DNA of 64,000 nt from a virus, in the IMG/VR virus record IMGVR_UViG_3300028384_001046, positions 46,916 through 110,915 of that record; one strand, given 5' to 3'. Positions within the stretch are counted from its first letter, which is position 1. Each line of letters starts with the position of its first letter. The notes below the pieces were generated by a model. It ran no database searches, was not told where the DNA came from, and saw only the letters and a list, made by a program, of their open reading frames with translations. Positions 16,930-27,297 of this stretch are shown here, in pieces. The translations under genes were made by a program, and so were the position numbers.

Positions 16930-17748
16930 ATGGCTAAGCCCTCCAGCAGAGAAGAATTGAAGCAATATTGCCTCAGGAAACTTGGAAAGCCAGTATTGGA
17001 AGTTAACGTTGATGATGATCAAATCGAAGATCTGATTGACGATGCAATCCAATTATACCATGAAAGACATGGAGAGGGGATAGATCGAGTATTTCTTAAG
17101 CATAAACTTCTAGAGACAGAAAAACAAACATTAGTGGGAATTGCTAGTACAACTACAGGTACAAGCAGCCACGGTGGTATTTCTATGATGGAATATGAGG
17201 AAGGTGCAAACTATCTTCCTCTTCCAGAATCTGTTATTGGAGTCAATAAAGTATTTAAGATCGACTCTTCCTCAGTGTCTGATGGATTGTTTAATATTAA
17301 ATATCAACTCTTCCTTAATGATTTATACTACTACGGAGCAGTTGATTTATTGAACTATTCGATGGTCAAGTCATACTTAGAAACTCTTGATTATCTAATC
17401 AACCCAGATGCACAGGTAAGATTTAATAAGAAAAATAATAGACTTTATCTAGATATAACCCTAAAGGACCTACAGAGCAATCACTATTTGCTCTTAGATT
17501 GTTACAGGATTGTAGATCCAGAAAGTGAGACTGCTGTATACAATGACCCATGGGTCAAGAGATATACAACGTCTTTAATTAAGAGACAGTGGGGTCAGAA
17601 CCTTATCAAGTTCCAAGGAGTTAAACTTCCTGGTGGACTTGAGATGAACGGTAGACAACTGTTTGATGATGCTCAAAGAGAACTTGAGGATCATGAACAG
17701 AAACTGATGACCGAATACGCTATGCCACCTCTAGACATGATAGGATAA
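16930..17748 (+). CDS. gp13: Neck protein gp13
   Basis: 'LKQYCLRKLGKPVLEVNV..DQIED.I..A', 'K.QWGQNL.KF.GV.LPGG...NG'; T4-like synteny. Confidence 0.92.
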   Translation: MAKPSSREELKQYCLRKLGKPVLEVNVDDDQIEDLIDDAIQLYHERHGEGIDRVFLKHKLLETEKQTLVGIASTTTGTSSHGGISMMEYEEGANYLPLPESVIGVNKVFKIDSSSVSDGLFNIKYQLFLNDLYYYGAVDLLNYSMVKSYLETLDYLINPDAQVRFNKKNNRLYLDITLKDLQSNHYLLLDCYRIVDPESETAVYNDPWVKRYTTSLIKRQWGQNLIKFQGVKLPGGLEMNGRQLFDDAQRELEDHEQKLMTEYAMPPLDMIG

Positions 17749-20039
17749 TGCCCCTAAATCCATTTTTTCTACACGGTTCACCAAGCGAACAAAGATTGGT
17801 TCAGGATTTGGTTAACGAGCATTTGAAAATGTTCGGTCAGGATGTTTTGTATATGCCTCGGAGGATTGTTAATGAGCAAACAGTTATTAAAGAAATAACT
17901 GCATCTAGGTTTGACGATAGTTTCCGACTCGAAGCATACTTAGTAAATTTTGATGGATTTGGAAGTCCTTCGGAGATTCTATCAAAGTTTGGTGTTAGAT
18001 CGCAAGATGAAATTCAGTTGGTCATTTCAAAGGAAAGGTATGATGATTTCATCTCTCCTTTGTTGAAGTTGTGGCCAGAGGATGAGATTAAAGTTGCTAC
18101 TAGACCTCAGGAAGGAGATCTAATCTATCTTCCTCTAGATAATGCGTTATTTGAGATTAAGTTTGTAGAGACAAAAGTTCCTTTCTACCAACTCAATGAT
18201 CTTTACATGTATGAATTAAGATGTGAAATCTTTGAGTATGAAGATGAAATCATTGATCTTCCAGATACTCTTGCTGGTGTAAATGGTGATGAGGTTATGG
18301 AGCCCATTGGTATGGGGGGACAGTTTATATCCCTACAACTATCGAAAGATACGTACACCAATGCAACGGCTTCCGTATCTCTTGCTTCAACTATTTTTGG
18401 CACGAAATCGGTACAATATATTAGATTGTTTAATGACGGTAATTATAAAACAACACCATCAGTATACATCTCAAAACCAACCAGAGGTAAACAAGCAACT
18501 GGTATTGCTACAGCGGTTAATGGACGTGTAAATGATCTAACTATTGATTTTGGCGGAACAAATTACATTCAGATTCCACAAGTAACGTTTACACCACCAA
18601 ACAGAACAACAGCAACGCAAATAAAATTTGGAAATAACTCCCTTTATCATGACAATGCTCAGGATACGGAGCAATCGAGATTTGAGTTCCCAACAAACAT
18701 TGACTCTAGAGATACTGAGGATGGAAGATTGTCCTTTAGTATGTGGTTCTATCCAACCACGTTTACTCCGAATCCAAGTTATGGTGGAGTTATTTTGTGG
18801 TCTGATAGAATCAAACTATACCATAGAGATTCTGGAACTGTAGTTTTTGCTTCTGGATCTACTGCTATTGAAAATCCAAATCCACTTACATTGAATACAT
18901 GGAACTTCATTAGAATCGAACAGCATGGTTCCAATGCCAAACTCTGTGTGAATGGTAATCCTGGATCTGAATATAGTAATGCAGACCCAATCATGTTCTT
19001 TGCGAACAACCAATTGCATTATGGGGCTGATGCTTCTGGTCTAGGCAAACTAAACACAATCAGAGATGGATATATTGGATATCTCGATCACGTAACTCTC
19101 AATCTTACTGGGGATACTTCTTTTAGAACTGATAGTGAATCTCTTGTCCCAACAACAACCTCAGAACAAGAAATAGATACACCAACGTCTAGAACAGCTC
19201 AGTTCGTTGAGAATTTAAATAACGAATATCCAGAAGTATATGCTTCTCTAAATGATGAGAGAGAAGTATCTGGTCTACAAATTGTTTATGGTGGTAGTGG
19301 ATATATTTCCGATCCATTGATGATTATCGAAAAACCAGATCTCGGTCAACAGGCAACAGCAGTTGCTATTATGACTAGCAGAACTGGAGTTCCCAATAAG
19401 TCAATTGATAGAATTCTACTAAACAACCCAGGAACTGGATATACGACTCCACCATCCATTACTTTTAGAGGTGGTAAGCCAACATCGGTAGCCATTGCTA
19501 CTGCTATAGTATCGACTGGTGTCCTCGGACCAGTTGGAATTGACACCGCTGGATTTGGATATAACTTTAAACCAACTGTAGGAATCACTTCTGTGTTTAT
19601 TCCTCAGTCTGTTGATACTACAGACTTGATTAAAAATGCAAAAGCAGAATCAGTCGTAAGTACAGGATCTAGTATTACAAAAATAAGATTCTCGAATGCA
19701 GGAACTGGATATACATCCGTAATACCAAACATAGAAATTGAAGAAGTTATAAATCCAGTCTTTGGCGACTTCGTAATTGGTGAATCTGTAAGAGGAGTTT
19801 CTAGTGGAACTAGTGCAATTGTTGCTTCTTGGGATGCTGGTAACAGAATCCTCAAGCTTGGAAATGCAACTGGAGATTTTCAATTTGGAGAAACAATCGT
19901 TGGCGCAGGAGCTAGTCATACTATTGCAAGTTTCTTTAATGAGTATGATGATAATGGATTTGCATCTAATGATGATATTGAGTTTGAAGCTGATCAAATT
20001 ATAGACTTCACAGAGAGGAATCCTTTTGGGGAAGTCTAA
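17748..20039 (+). CDS. gp14: Neck protein gp14 with large internal insertions (LamG-like domain and repeats)
   Basis: gp14 N-terminus ('EQ.LVQDL..E...MFG.DV.YMPR', 'RPQEGDLIY.PL...LFEI.FVE') and C-terminal 'IIDFTE.NPFGE'. Confidence 0.88.
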   Translation: MPLNPFFLHGSPSEQRLVQDLVNEHLKMFGQDVLYMPRRIVNEQTVIKEITASRFDDSFRLEAYLVNFDGFGSPSEILSKFGVRSQDEIQLVISKERYDDFISPLLKLWPEDEIKVATRPQEGDLIYLPLDNALFEIKFVETKVPFYQLNDLYMYELRCEIFEYEDEIIDLPDTLAGVNGDEVMEPIGMGGQFISLQLSKDTYTNATASVSLASTIFGTKSVQYIRLFNDGNYKTTPSVYISKPTRGKQATGIATAVNGRVNDLTIDFGGTNYIQIPQVTFTPPNRTTATQIKFGNNSLYHDNAQDTEQSRFEFPTNIDSRDTEDGRLSFSMWFYPTTFTPNPSYGGVILWSDRIKLYHRDSGTVVFASGSTAIENPNPLTLNTWNFIRIEQHGSNAKLCVNGNPGSEYSNADPIMFFANNQLHYGADASGLGKLNTIRDGYIGYLDHVTLNLTGDTSFRTDSESLVPTTTSEQEIDTPTSRTAQFVENLNNEYPEVYASLNDEREVSGLQIVYGGSGYISDPLMIIEKPDLGQQATAVAIMTSRTGVPNKSIDRILLNNPGTGYTTPPSITFRGGKPTSVAIATAIVSTGVLGPVGIDTAGFGYNFKPTVGITSVFIPQSVDTTDLIKNAKAESVVSTGSSITKIRFSNAGTGYTSVIPNIEIEEVINPVFGDFVIGESVRGVSSGTSAIVASWDAGNRILKLGNATGDFQFGETIVGAGASHTIASFFNEYDDNGFASNDDIEFEADQIIDFTERNPFGEV

Positions 20040-20059
20040 ATAATTAAAAATACTGTATT

Positions 20060-21139
20060 ATGTTAAGCTCTCATTTTTATCACGAAATCATCAGGAAGGT
20101 AATTATTTCCTTCGGAACCCTATTTAATGGGATTGAAATTAAGCATCAAGATAAAAATGATAATACCTTTAGTGTCATCAATGTTCCCATTTCATATGGA
20201 CCGACTCAAAAATTCTTGGCACGACTAGAACAGAGTAGGGATTTGAGATCTCCTGGTAAACCAGCTGGTGCATTGACATTGCCAAGGATGTCATTTGAAA
20301 TGATTGGTGTTCAGTACGACGCTAGTAGAAAAATTTCTACTATGCAAACATTTAAAGCTGTTAATAAAGAGAGCAATAAGTTGATTAAGGGATACATGCC
20401 AGTTCCCTATAATATCAATATGCAATTAAGCATTCTAACAAAACTTAACGAAGATGCTTTGCAAATTTTAGAACAAATTTTACCATATTTTCAACCATCA
20501 TTCAATCTTACAGTAAATCTCTCTGACACAATTGGAGAATCAAGAGATATTCCAATTACATTAGAAGCGATTCAGATGGATGATAATTATGAGGGGGACT
20601 TCTTGACCAGAAGAGCCCTTATCTACACACTAAACTTTACTTGTAAGGCATACCTTTACGGACCTATCAACCCCACTACAGATGGACTTATCAAGAAAGT
20701 TCAGGTCGATTACATGCAAGGGACCGAAAATATTAAAACTCCAAATAGACAACTTAGATATACTGCTGTTCCAGTAGCAATAAAAGATTATGATAATGAC
20801 GATACTGCTAGAACTGGAGAAGTATTTAATGAAATCGTAACAGCGTTTGCGGTTTCAGATTCAACTCCATTTATCGAAAATACTTATATTCAAGTAGATG
20901 ATGAAGTAATGAGAATTAAATCGAAGAGTGGACAAAGATTGCATGTTTCTAGGGGAGAATATGGAACAAGTGCTGTTCCTCATGATATCGACGTTCCAAT
21001 TAATGCAATTACTGCTCAGGATGACTCGTTTGTTGAATCAAATTTGGATGATGATGATTTTGGATTTGGTGAAACCAGAACAGAATTCATGGATGGGCAA
21101 GTATATAGCATTAGTCAAAGTAGAGATTCCGATCTATGA
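20060..21139 (+). CDS. gp15: Tail sheath stabiliser / tail terminator gp15
   Basis: 'FYHEIIRK.II.FGTLFN', 'LPRMSFE', 'QILEQILPYFQP'; TAAATA at 20037. Confidence 0.92.
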   Translation: MLSSHFYHEIIRKVIISFGTLFNGIEIKHQDKNDNTFSVINVPISYGPTQKFLARLEQSRDLRSPGKPAGALTLPRMSFEMIGVQYDASRKISTMQTFKAVNKESNKLIKGYMPVPYNINMQLSILTKLNEDALQILEQILPYFQPSFNLTVNLSDTIGESRDIPITLEAIQMDDNYEGDFLTRRALIYTLNFTCKAYLYGPINPTTDGLIKKVQVDYMQGTENIKTPNRQLRYTAVPVAIKDYDNDDTARTGEVFNEIVTAFAVSDSTPFIENTYIQVDDEVMRIKSKSGQRLHVSRGEYGTSAVPHDIDVPINAITAQDDSFVESNLDDDDFGFGETRTEFMDGQVYSISQSRDSDL

Positions 21140-21564
21140 ATATGAATTTTGATGAGATTGATAAGTCTTTGGACATTACTCCTTCAGAAGTAGTGCCTGA
21201 AGAAAAACCCGTTGCCAAAAAGAAACCTGTAAGAGAGGAGAAACCTGATATTGATCGGGATTATGAATATACTAGAGGTCATCTATATTCTTTGATTGAG
21301 AAGGGACAAGAAGCAATTGATGGAATTCTTGAATTATCTCAACAATCTGATTCTCCCAGAGCATATGAAGTTGCTGGACAATTAATTAAGAACGTTGCAG
21401 ACACAACAGATAAGTTGATGGATCTCCAAAAGAAATTGAAAGATGTTAACGAAGAATCTAAAAAAGGTCCAACCAATGTCACTAACAATGCCTTATTTGT
21501 TGGAAGTACAGCTGATTTGCAAAAAATGTTGAAACAGGCATCTAAAGACAATCAATCTAAATAA
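21136..21564 (+). CDS. gp16: Terminase small subunit gp16
   Basis: 'DYEYTRG.LY', 'SDSPRAYEV', 'FVGSTADL'. Confidence 0.92.
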   Translation: MNMNFDEIDKSLDITPSEVVPEEKPVAKKKPVREEKPDIDRDYEYTRGHLYSLIEKGQEAIDGILELSQQSDSPRAYEVAGQLIKNVADTTDKLMDLQKKLKDVNEESKKGPTNVTNNALFVGSTADLQKMLKQASKDNQSK

Positions 21565-21585
21565 ACGTGTAGATGTCTCCGAAAC

Positions 21586-21834
21586 ATGAAGTCATTTCAA
21601 AAATTTCTGGGTGAAGGTGTGGAGAGAATTGCACAATATGGAAATTATTACAGCATAACTTTAGTTTTTAGGGGATCAACCAGAACTCTTCAAATGTTCT
21701 TTCCACAAAGAGGAAGACCTATGAAGAAAGATGTCCAGAATGAAGTCGAAAAAGTATATCCTGGAGCAAAAGTAATTTACTTTTATCCTGCAGTAAAAGA
21801 TCCTAGAGAACCTCTTTTTATGGTAAACCCCTGA
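21586..21834 (+). CDS. Small hypothetical protein with a capsid-targeting-like N-terminus
   Basis: 82 aa; starts MKSFQKFLGE; TAAATA at 21558. Confidence 0.55.
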   Translation: MKSFQKFLGEGVERIAQYGNYYSITLVFRGSTRTLQMFFPQRGRPMKKDVQNEVEKVYPGAKVIYFYPAVKDPREPLFMVNP

Positions 21835-21841
21835 ATGTCTT

Positions 21842-23494
21842 ATGAGTGATAATATATATCTTGGTAATCCTAATCTTAAAAAGTCCAACGTTGCTATTCA
21901 GTGGACTCAAGAACAGGTAAAGGAATATTTGAAATGTAAGGAAGATCCATTATATTTTGCAGCCAATTACGTAAAGATTATTAGTCTTGATGAAGGTTTA
22001 GTTCCTTTCAAGATGTATGATTTTCAGGAAAAACTTATTCAAAATTTCCATCGGAACAGATTCAATATCTGTAAGATGCCTCGACAGTCGGGAAAGTCAA
22101 CAACTGTTGTTTCATATCTCCTACATTACGCACTCTTTAACGATAGCGTTACTATTGGTATACTCGCAAACAAGGCTGCAACTGCCAGAGAACTATTGGG
22201 TAGGCTTCAGACTGCATATGAGGCACTACCTCATTGGATGCAACAAGGTATCGTTGCCTGGAACAAAGGTTCCATGGAATTAGAAAATAAATCAAAGATT
22301 ATTGCGGCATCCACATCCGCATCTGCCGTTCGAGGCATGTCGTTTAATATTATTTTCTTGGACGAATTTGCATTCATTCCAAATCATATTGCAGATGAGT
22401 TTTTTAGTTCTGTATATCCTACCATTTCATCTGGTAAATCCACAAAGGTAATTATCGTTTCTACCCCCAAGGGTATGAATCATTTCTATCGATTGTGGCA
22501 CGACTCAGAACTGAATAGAAATGAATATGTAAATACTGAGGTTCACTGGTCAGAAGTTCCTGGTCGTGACGAGGCTTGGAAAGAACAGACAATTAAAAAC
22601 ACATCAGAAGCTCAGTTCCGAGTTGAGTTTGAATGTGAGTTCTTGGGATCTGTTGATACTTTGATTGCTCCATCAAAGCTTAAGTCAATGGTATATGATG
22701 AACCAATCAATACCGCCAAGAATGGCGGAGAAATATACGCACATCCACTAGAGAAACATACTTATGTAATTACTGTTGACGTTGCAAGAGGCGTAGAAAA
22801 AGACTATTCAGCTTTCATTGTATTTGATACTACGGAGTTTCCATATAGAGTAGTTGCAAAGTATAGAAACAATTCTATCAAACCAATGTTATTTCCAAAT
22901 ATTATTTGGGAATTTGCAAAAGCATACAATGATGCATATATCTTATGTGAAGTAAACGATATTGGAGATCAGATTGCCGCAACAATTCAATACGATTTAG
23001 AATATCAAAATCTTCTCATGTGTTCTATGAGAGGTCGTGCTGGTCAATTAGTCGGTCAAGGATTTTCTGGTAAAAAGACACAACTAGGTGTGAAGATGTC
23101 CAAGACTGTCAAAAAAATTGGAGCATTGAATCTAAAAACAATGATTGAATCTGATAAGTTATTGATATCTGATTATCATATCATTGCAGAACTTACTACA
23201 TTTATTCAGAAAAATAATTCTTTTGAAGCAGAAGAAGGTTGTAATGACGACCTTGCAATGTGTCTTGTTATTTTTGCTTGGCTAGTTCAACAGGAATACT
23301 TTAAAGAGATGTCAGATGATGATATTAGAAAGAGAATCTATGATGATCAAAGAGACCAGATTGAACAGGATATGGCACCATTCGGATTTGTCAGCGATGG
23401 TATCAATGAAGAAACATCATTCGTAGATAGTACTGGAGATAGATGGCATACCGATGAATATGGTGATATGTCTCACATGTGGGATTATCAATGA
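21842..23494 (+). CDS. gp17: Terminase large subunit gp17
   Basis: Walker A 'PRQSGKST', Walker B 'IIFLDEFAF', 'STPKG.NHFY', nuclease 'VDVARG..DYSA', 'DDLAM'. Confidence 0.97.
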   Translation: MSDNIYLGNPNLKKSNVAIQWTQEQVKEYLKCKEDPLYFAANYVKIISLDEGLVPFKMYDFQEKLIQNFHRNRFNICKMPRQSGKSTTVVSYLLHYALFNDSVTIGILANKAATARELLGRLQTAYEALPHWMQQGIVAWNKGSMELENKSKIIAASTSASAVRGMSFNIIFLDEFAFIPNHIADEFFSSVYPTISSGKSTKVIIVSTPKGMNHFYRLWHDSELNRNEYVNTEVHWSEVPGRDEAWKEQTIKNTSEAQFRVEFECEFLGSVDTLIAPSKLKSMVYDEPINTAKNGGEIYAHPLEKHTYVITVDVARGVEKDYSAFIVFDTTEFPYRVVAKYRNNSIKPMLFPNIIWEFAKAYNDAYILCEVNDIGDQIAATIQYDLEYQNLLMCSMRGRAGQLVGQGFSGKKTQLGVKMSKTVKKIGALNLKTMIESDKLLISDYHIIAELTTFIQKNNSFEAEEGCNDDLAMCLVIFAWLVQQEYFKEMSDDDIRKRIYDDQRDQIEQDMAPFGFVSDGINEETSFVDSTGDRWHTDEYGDMSHMWDYQ

Positions 23495-23736
23495 TTAAAT
23501 TTTTAAAATTATTGAGTAATGTGGTTGATCCAAATTGGTGGGCAGAAGTTGTTGGTAAAAAATCTGGTTTATATGCTTTAGCAAGCAAACCAAATAAATT
23601 TAAAGAGTGGAAGTTAAAGCAACCATTATGGAAACAAGCATTCATTGAAATTTTAATGTTCACACTTTTAGCATTAGCCTTTGAACCAGTATTGAATACA
23701 TTGGGTTATTCGATGCTCCCTTGGAGATGGTTCTGA
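23491..23736 (+). CDS. Small hypothetical membrane protein
   Basis: ATGA overlap with the gp17 stop; hydrophobic C-terminal segment. Confidence 0.55.
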   Translation: MIKFLKLLSNVVDPNWWAEVVGKKSGLYALASKPNKFKEWKLKQPLWKQAFIEILMFTLLALAFEPVLNTLGYSMLPWRWF

Positions 23737-23984
23737 TGGACTTAGATGAAGAGTTTAAATTAAGTCACCTACTTTTACAGGAGAGGAAGTGTAGGTCTTG
23801 TAACCAGATAAAAGACTTATTAACTGATTTTTACAGAACACGTAGAGATAGAACATCATATTCCGCATATTCATATGAGTGCAAAGAATGTACTATTAAA
23901 AGAGTTGTGGAATCCAGAAAGCAAAAATCAGAGATGCCATACAATATAGTTCTTGGAATAGATGATGTATATCCAGACTGGTAA
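23736..23984 (+). CDS. Small Zn-finger protein (CxxC...CxxC)
   Basis: 'KCRSCNQIK..TDFY...YSYECKEC'. Confidence 0.6.
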   Translation: MDLDEEFKLSHLLLQERKCRSCNQIKDLLTDFYRTRRDRTSYSAYSYECKECTIKRVVESRKQKSEMPYNIVLGIDDVYPDW

Positions 23985-24072
23985 AGTGTTCATGCATTGT
24001 TTCCCCACTTAAAAACTAGCAAATTCTAAATAATAACAGATAAAAAATGGACTTCTTCAAGAGGAACTAACA

Positions 24073-26517
24073 ATGTCATTAAATTTAGTCTCCCCAGGCG
24101 TAAGAGTAAGAGAAGTTGACTTAACTATTGGACGTATTGATGATATTAATGATCAAGTAGGTGCTATCGCTGGACCATTTCAAAAGGGTCCCGTAAATAC
24201 ACCAATCTTAATTGAAACCGAAAACGATCTTTTACAAACGTTTGGTAAGCCACTATCTACTGATTCTCAGTATGAATACTGGATGAGTGCATCCTCATAT
24301 CTCTCATATGGTGGTATATTGAGAGTTATCAGATCTTCGCATACGGATGAAACATCTCCATTATCCAATGCTAACGTCTCTGTCGATGGTGGAACTCTAA
24401 CGAGTTTACAAGTTGATTCCTCAGAGGACTATTACAACAACCATTTAAATGATATTACTTGGATGTATGCATCCAGAAACCCAGGATCTTGGGCTAATGA
24501 CTTGAAGGTTTGTACTATTGACTCCAAAGCAGATCAGAGACTGGCAATTGGAACGGATGGTCTTGCCGTAGGATATGCGATCACGGCTGGATTTACAACT
24601 TCTGTAGCAAATACGGATGGAACTATTGGTATTCAAACAGGATATCTTAAAGCAGTTATTACTGACATTCATGATTCGTCTGTTGATGTCAAAATTTTGT
24701 CCGAACATAACGTAACAACTGATGTTTGGAGTGAAGTTGACTATCAAGAGGGCAGTTCTACTAAATCTTTCTCAGGATATGATGAGGGAGTAGACACATT
24801 TAATCTTGAAACTCCAGGTGGGGCACTCCGAAATAACTCAAATTTATATAGGGCTTTTGATAATGCTGGGGCAGAAGTTCAACTTGAAAGAACAAGATTC
24901 CAAGCCGTTGTTGGTTTAGGATCTACAGAGATTACTTTTGGTGATGATCTAAACACTCTAAAGGCTAGTATCGGTGATCAGATTAAATCTGTTAATGGTA
25001 CTTATACTGGTAACATTGTTGGATTCTCTCCAGACGGATCTGATGGACAGTACATTATCATGGACACTGCTACTTCTGTTGCATTTGCAAATACAGACTT
25101 TATTGTTAAGAGTGGAATTGGTAGTGGATTAATACTCAGACAAGGCAATACTGCGGAAGACTGGTATAATCAACAGACTCTTGGTTTAGACAACCAAAAA
25201 ATCTTCTGGAAATCTCTTGCGGAAAGACCAGGAACGTCTGCATATGCTGCAGATAGAAGTTCTAGATTTGACGAGGTTCATATTGTTATCGTTGACGACA
25301 CTGGTAAAGTAACTGGTAGTGCAGGAAACATTGTAGAGAAGTGGGTTGGTCTTTCTAAGGCATCGGATGCCAAGATTTCTCCATCTGCGGACATATACTA
25401 TAAGAACTACATTGCACAGTATTCATCAAACATTTTTGTTGGTGCGGCACAAACTGGTACTGGGTTAAAATACACAATGCTCAGTGGATATACAATTGAT
25501 AATAGTGGTACATGGGGTCAACTCACTCAAGGAGTTTCTTTTAATGGATCTGGACCTCAAACATATTCATTATCTGGAGGTAGTGATTATGGTGGTGTTG
25601 GAGTTTACAAGTGCAAACTTTCTGATGTTGTTTCCTCATATTCCATCTTAGATAACCCCGCAGAATACTCGGTTAACTACATTATTCAAGGTCCATCTTC
25701 AGGCGATACTGTTTTTTCTGCACAAGCTAAGGCAAATAAACTGATTCAGATTGCGGAAACTCGTAAAGATTGTGTTGCTTGTATTTCGCCATACAAGCCT
25801 GATGTTGTTGGAGTTACTCAGTCAGATACACAGACAAGAAACATTATCAATTTCTATGATAGTTTGACATCTAGTTCTTACGCTGTATTTGATTCTGGAT
25901 ACAAGTACACCTTTGATAGATTCAACAATACATTCAGATATGTTGCTTTGAATGCCGACATTGCTGGTTTGATGGCAAGAACTTCTATTAATTCTTTCCC
26001 CTGGTTCTCACCTGCAGGATCTCAAAGAGGATCCATCAATAATGCAATTAAACTTGCTTATAATCCATCACAGGCACAAAGAGATCTGCTTTATCCTAAG
26101 AGAATTAACCCAGTTATATTCTCTCCTGGTGCAGGAATGATTCTATATGGAGACAAAACTGCTCTTAAGGAATCATCTGCATTCGATAGAATTAACGTTC
26201 GTCGTCTGTTCCTCACTATTGAACAAACCATTGAAAGAGCTGCAAGAGCACAACTCTTTGAGTTCAATGATATTTTAACAAGAACTAACTTCTTGAATGT
26301 CGTTGAACCATATCTCCGCGATGTTAAGGCGAAGAGAGGTATCATTGATTTCGTTGTTATTTGTGACGAATCTAATAACACACCAGATGTTATTGATTCC
26401 AATCAGTTTAAAGCTGATATCTTCATAAAACCAAATAGATCAATCAACTTCATTGGACTGACGTTCGTGGCTACACGTTCTGGAGTCAGTTTTGATGAAG
26501 TAGTTGGTAATGTTTGA
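24073..26517 (+). CDS. gp18: Tail sheath protein gp18
   Basis: 'LVSPGV.VREVDLT', 'WFSPAG..RG', 'SAFDRINVRRLF', 'IKP.RSINFI.L.FVAT'; TAAATA at 24027. Confidence 0.97.
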   Translation: MSLNLVSPGVRVREVDLTIGRIDDINDQVGAIAGPFQKGPVNTPILIETENDLLQTFGKPLSTDSQYEYWMSASSYLSYGGILRVIRSSHTDETSPLSNANVSVDGGTLTSLQVDSSEDYYNNHLNDITWMYASRNPGSWANDLKVCTIDSKADQRLAIGTDGLAVGYAITAGFTTSVANTDGTIGIQTGYLKAVITDIHDSSVDVKILSEHNVTTDVWSEVDYQEGSSTKSFSGYDEGVDTFNLETPGGALRNNSNLYRAFDNAGAEVQLERTRFQAVVGLGSTEITFGDDLNTLKASIGDQIKSVNGTYTGNIVGFSPDGSDGQYIIMDTATSVAFANTDFIVKSGIGSGLILRQGNTAEDWYNQQTLGLDNQKIFWKSLAERPGTSAYAADRSSRFDEVHIVIVDDTGKVTGSAGNIVEKWVGLSKASDAKISPSADIYYKNYIAQYSSNIFVGAAQTGTGLKYTMLSGYTIDNSGTWGQLTQGVSFNGSGPQTYSLSGGSDYGGVGVYKCKLSDVVSSYSILDNPAEYSVNYIIQGPSSGDTVFSAQAKANKLIQIAETRKDCVACISPYKPDVVGVTQSDTQTRNIINFYDSLTSSSYAVFDSGYKYTFDRFNNTFRYVALNADIAGLMARTSINSFPWFSPAGSQRGSINNAIKLAYNPSQAQRDLLYPKRINPVIFSPGAGMILYGDKTALKESSAFDRINVRRLFLTIEQTIERAARAQLFEFNDILTRTNFLNVVEPYLRDVKAKRGIIDFVVICDESNNTPDVIDSNQFKADIFIKPNRSINFIGLTFVATRSGVSFDEVVGNV

Positions 26518-26556
26518 TTCATACCACTAAATAACAGTACAAGAGGTTAACTAGCC

Positions 26557-27252
26557 ATGCCAAGTTCCAAGTCATTTAATCCACCTCAGGTAGGGGATAG
26601 GACTATTGAGGATTTTAAGGCTCGACTCAGTGGAGGGGCTGCGCGCCCCAATTTGTTTGAGGTTGAACTTGCCTTCCCAAGCTACGTCCAAATAGCAACA
26701 GAATCTGTAGCTAACTCCAGATTCTTAGTAAAAGCTGCTCAGTTACCAGCTTCAAATATTAATGTAATTGATGTTCCTTTCAGAGGAAGAAATTTAAAGA
26801 TTGCTGGAGATAGAACTTTTGATGTTTGGACCATTACGGTCATTAATGACATCTCTTTCGATTTGCGAAATGCTTTTGAGCAGTGGATGAATGGTATCAA
26901 CAAGCATGATAATGCTACTGGTGTCATTAATCCAACTCAATATCAGAAGGATGCCGTTGTTTATCAACTAGGAAGAAATACTAGAACATCCACTGGTAGT
27001 TTTCCAACTACTATTTCGGATGCAACTTTAGGAGCTGCTGACAAATATCCAGTTCTCAAGAAGTACGTATTCCATGGTATCTTCCCAACCAATGTAAGTT
27101 CTATTGAATTATCATACGACAACTCTGATACTATTGAAGAGTTTACTGTAGATATGCAAGTTCAATGGTGGGATGCATATACTGCAGAAAATGTAAATCT
27201 CTTTGGAACAGAGGAAGAACCAGTAACAACGGCTGATTCTCAGACTGCTTAA
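26557..27252 (+). CDS. gp19: Tail tube protein gp19
   Basis: 'ARPNLFEV', 'FRGR.LKIAGDRTFD.WT.TV.ND', 'IEEFTV'; TAAATA at 26528. Confidence 0.95.
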   Translation: MPSSKSFNPPQVGDRTIEDFKARLSGGAARPNLFEVELAFPSYVQIATESVANSRFLVKAAQLPASNINVIDVPFRGRNLKIAGDRTFDVWTITVINDISFDLRNAFEQWMNGINKHDNATGVINPTQYQKDAVVYQLGRNTRTSTGSFPTTISDATLGAADKYPVLKKYVFHGIFPTNVSSIELSYDNSDTIEEFTVDMQVQWWDAYTAENVNLFGTEEEPVTTADSQTA

Positions 27253-27297
27253 TTTTCATTGAATAAATATATTTGATTATGCCTCAAGTGAATCTAA

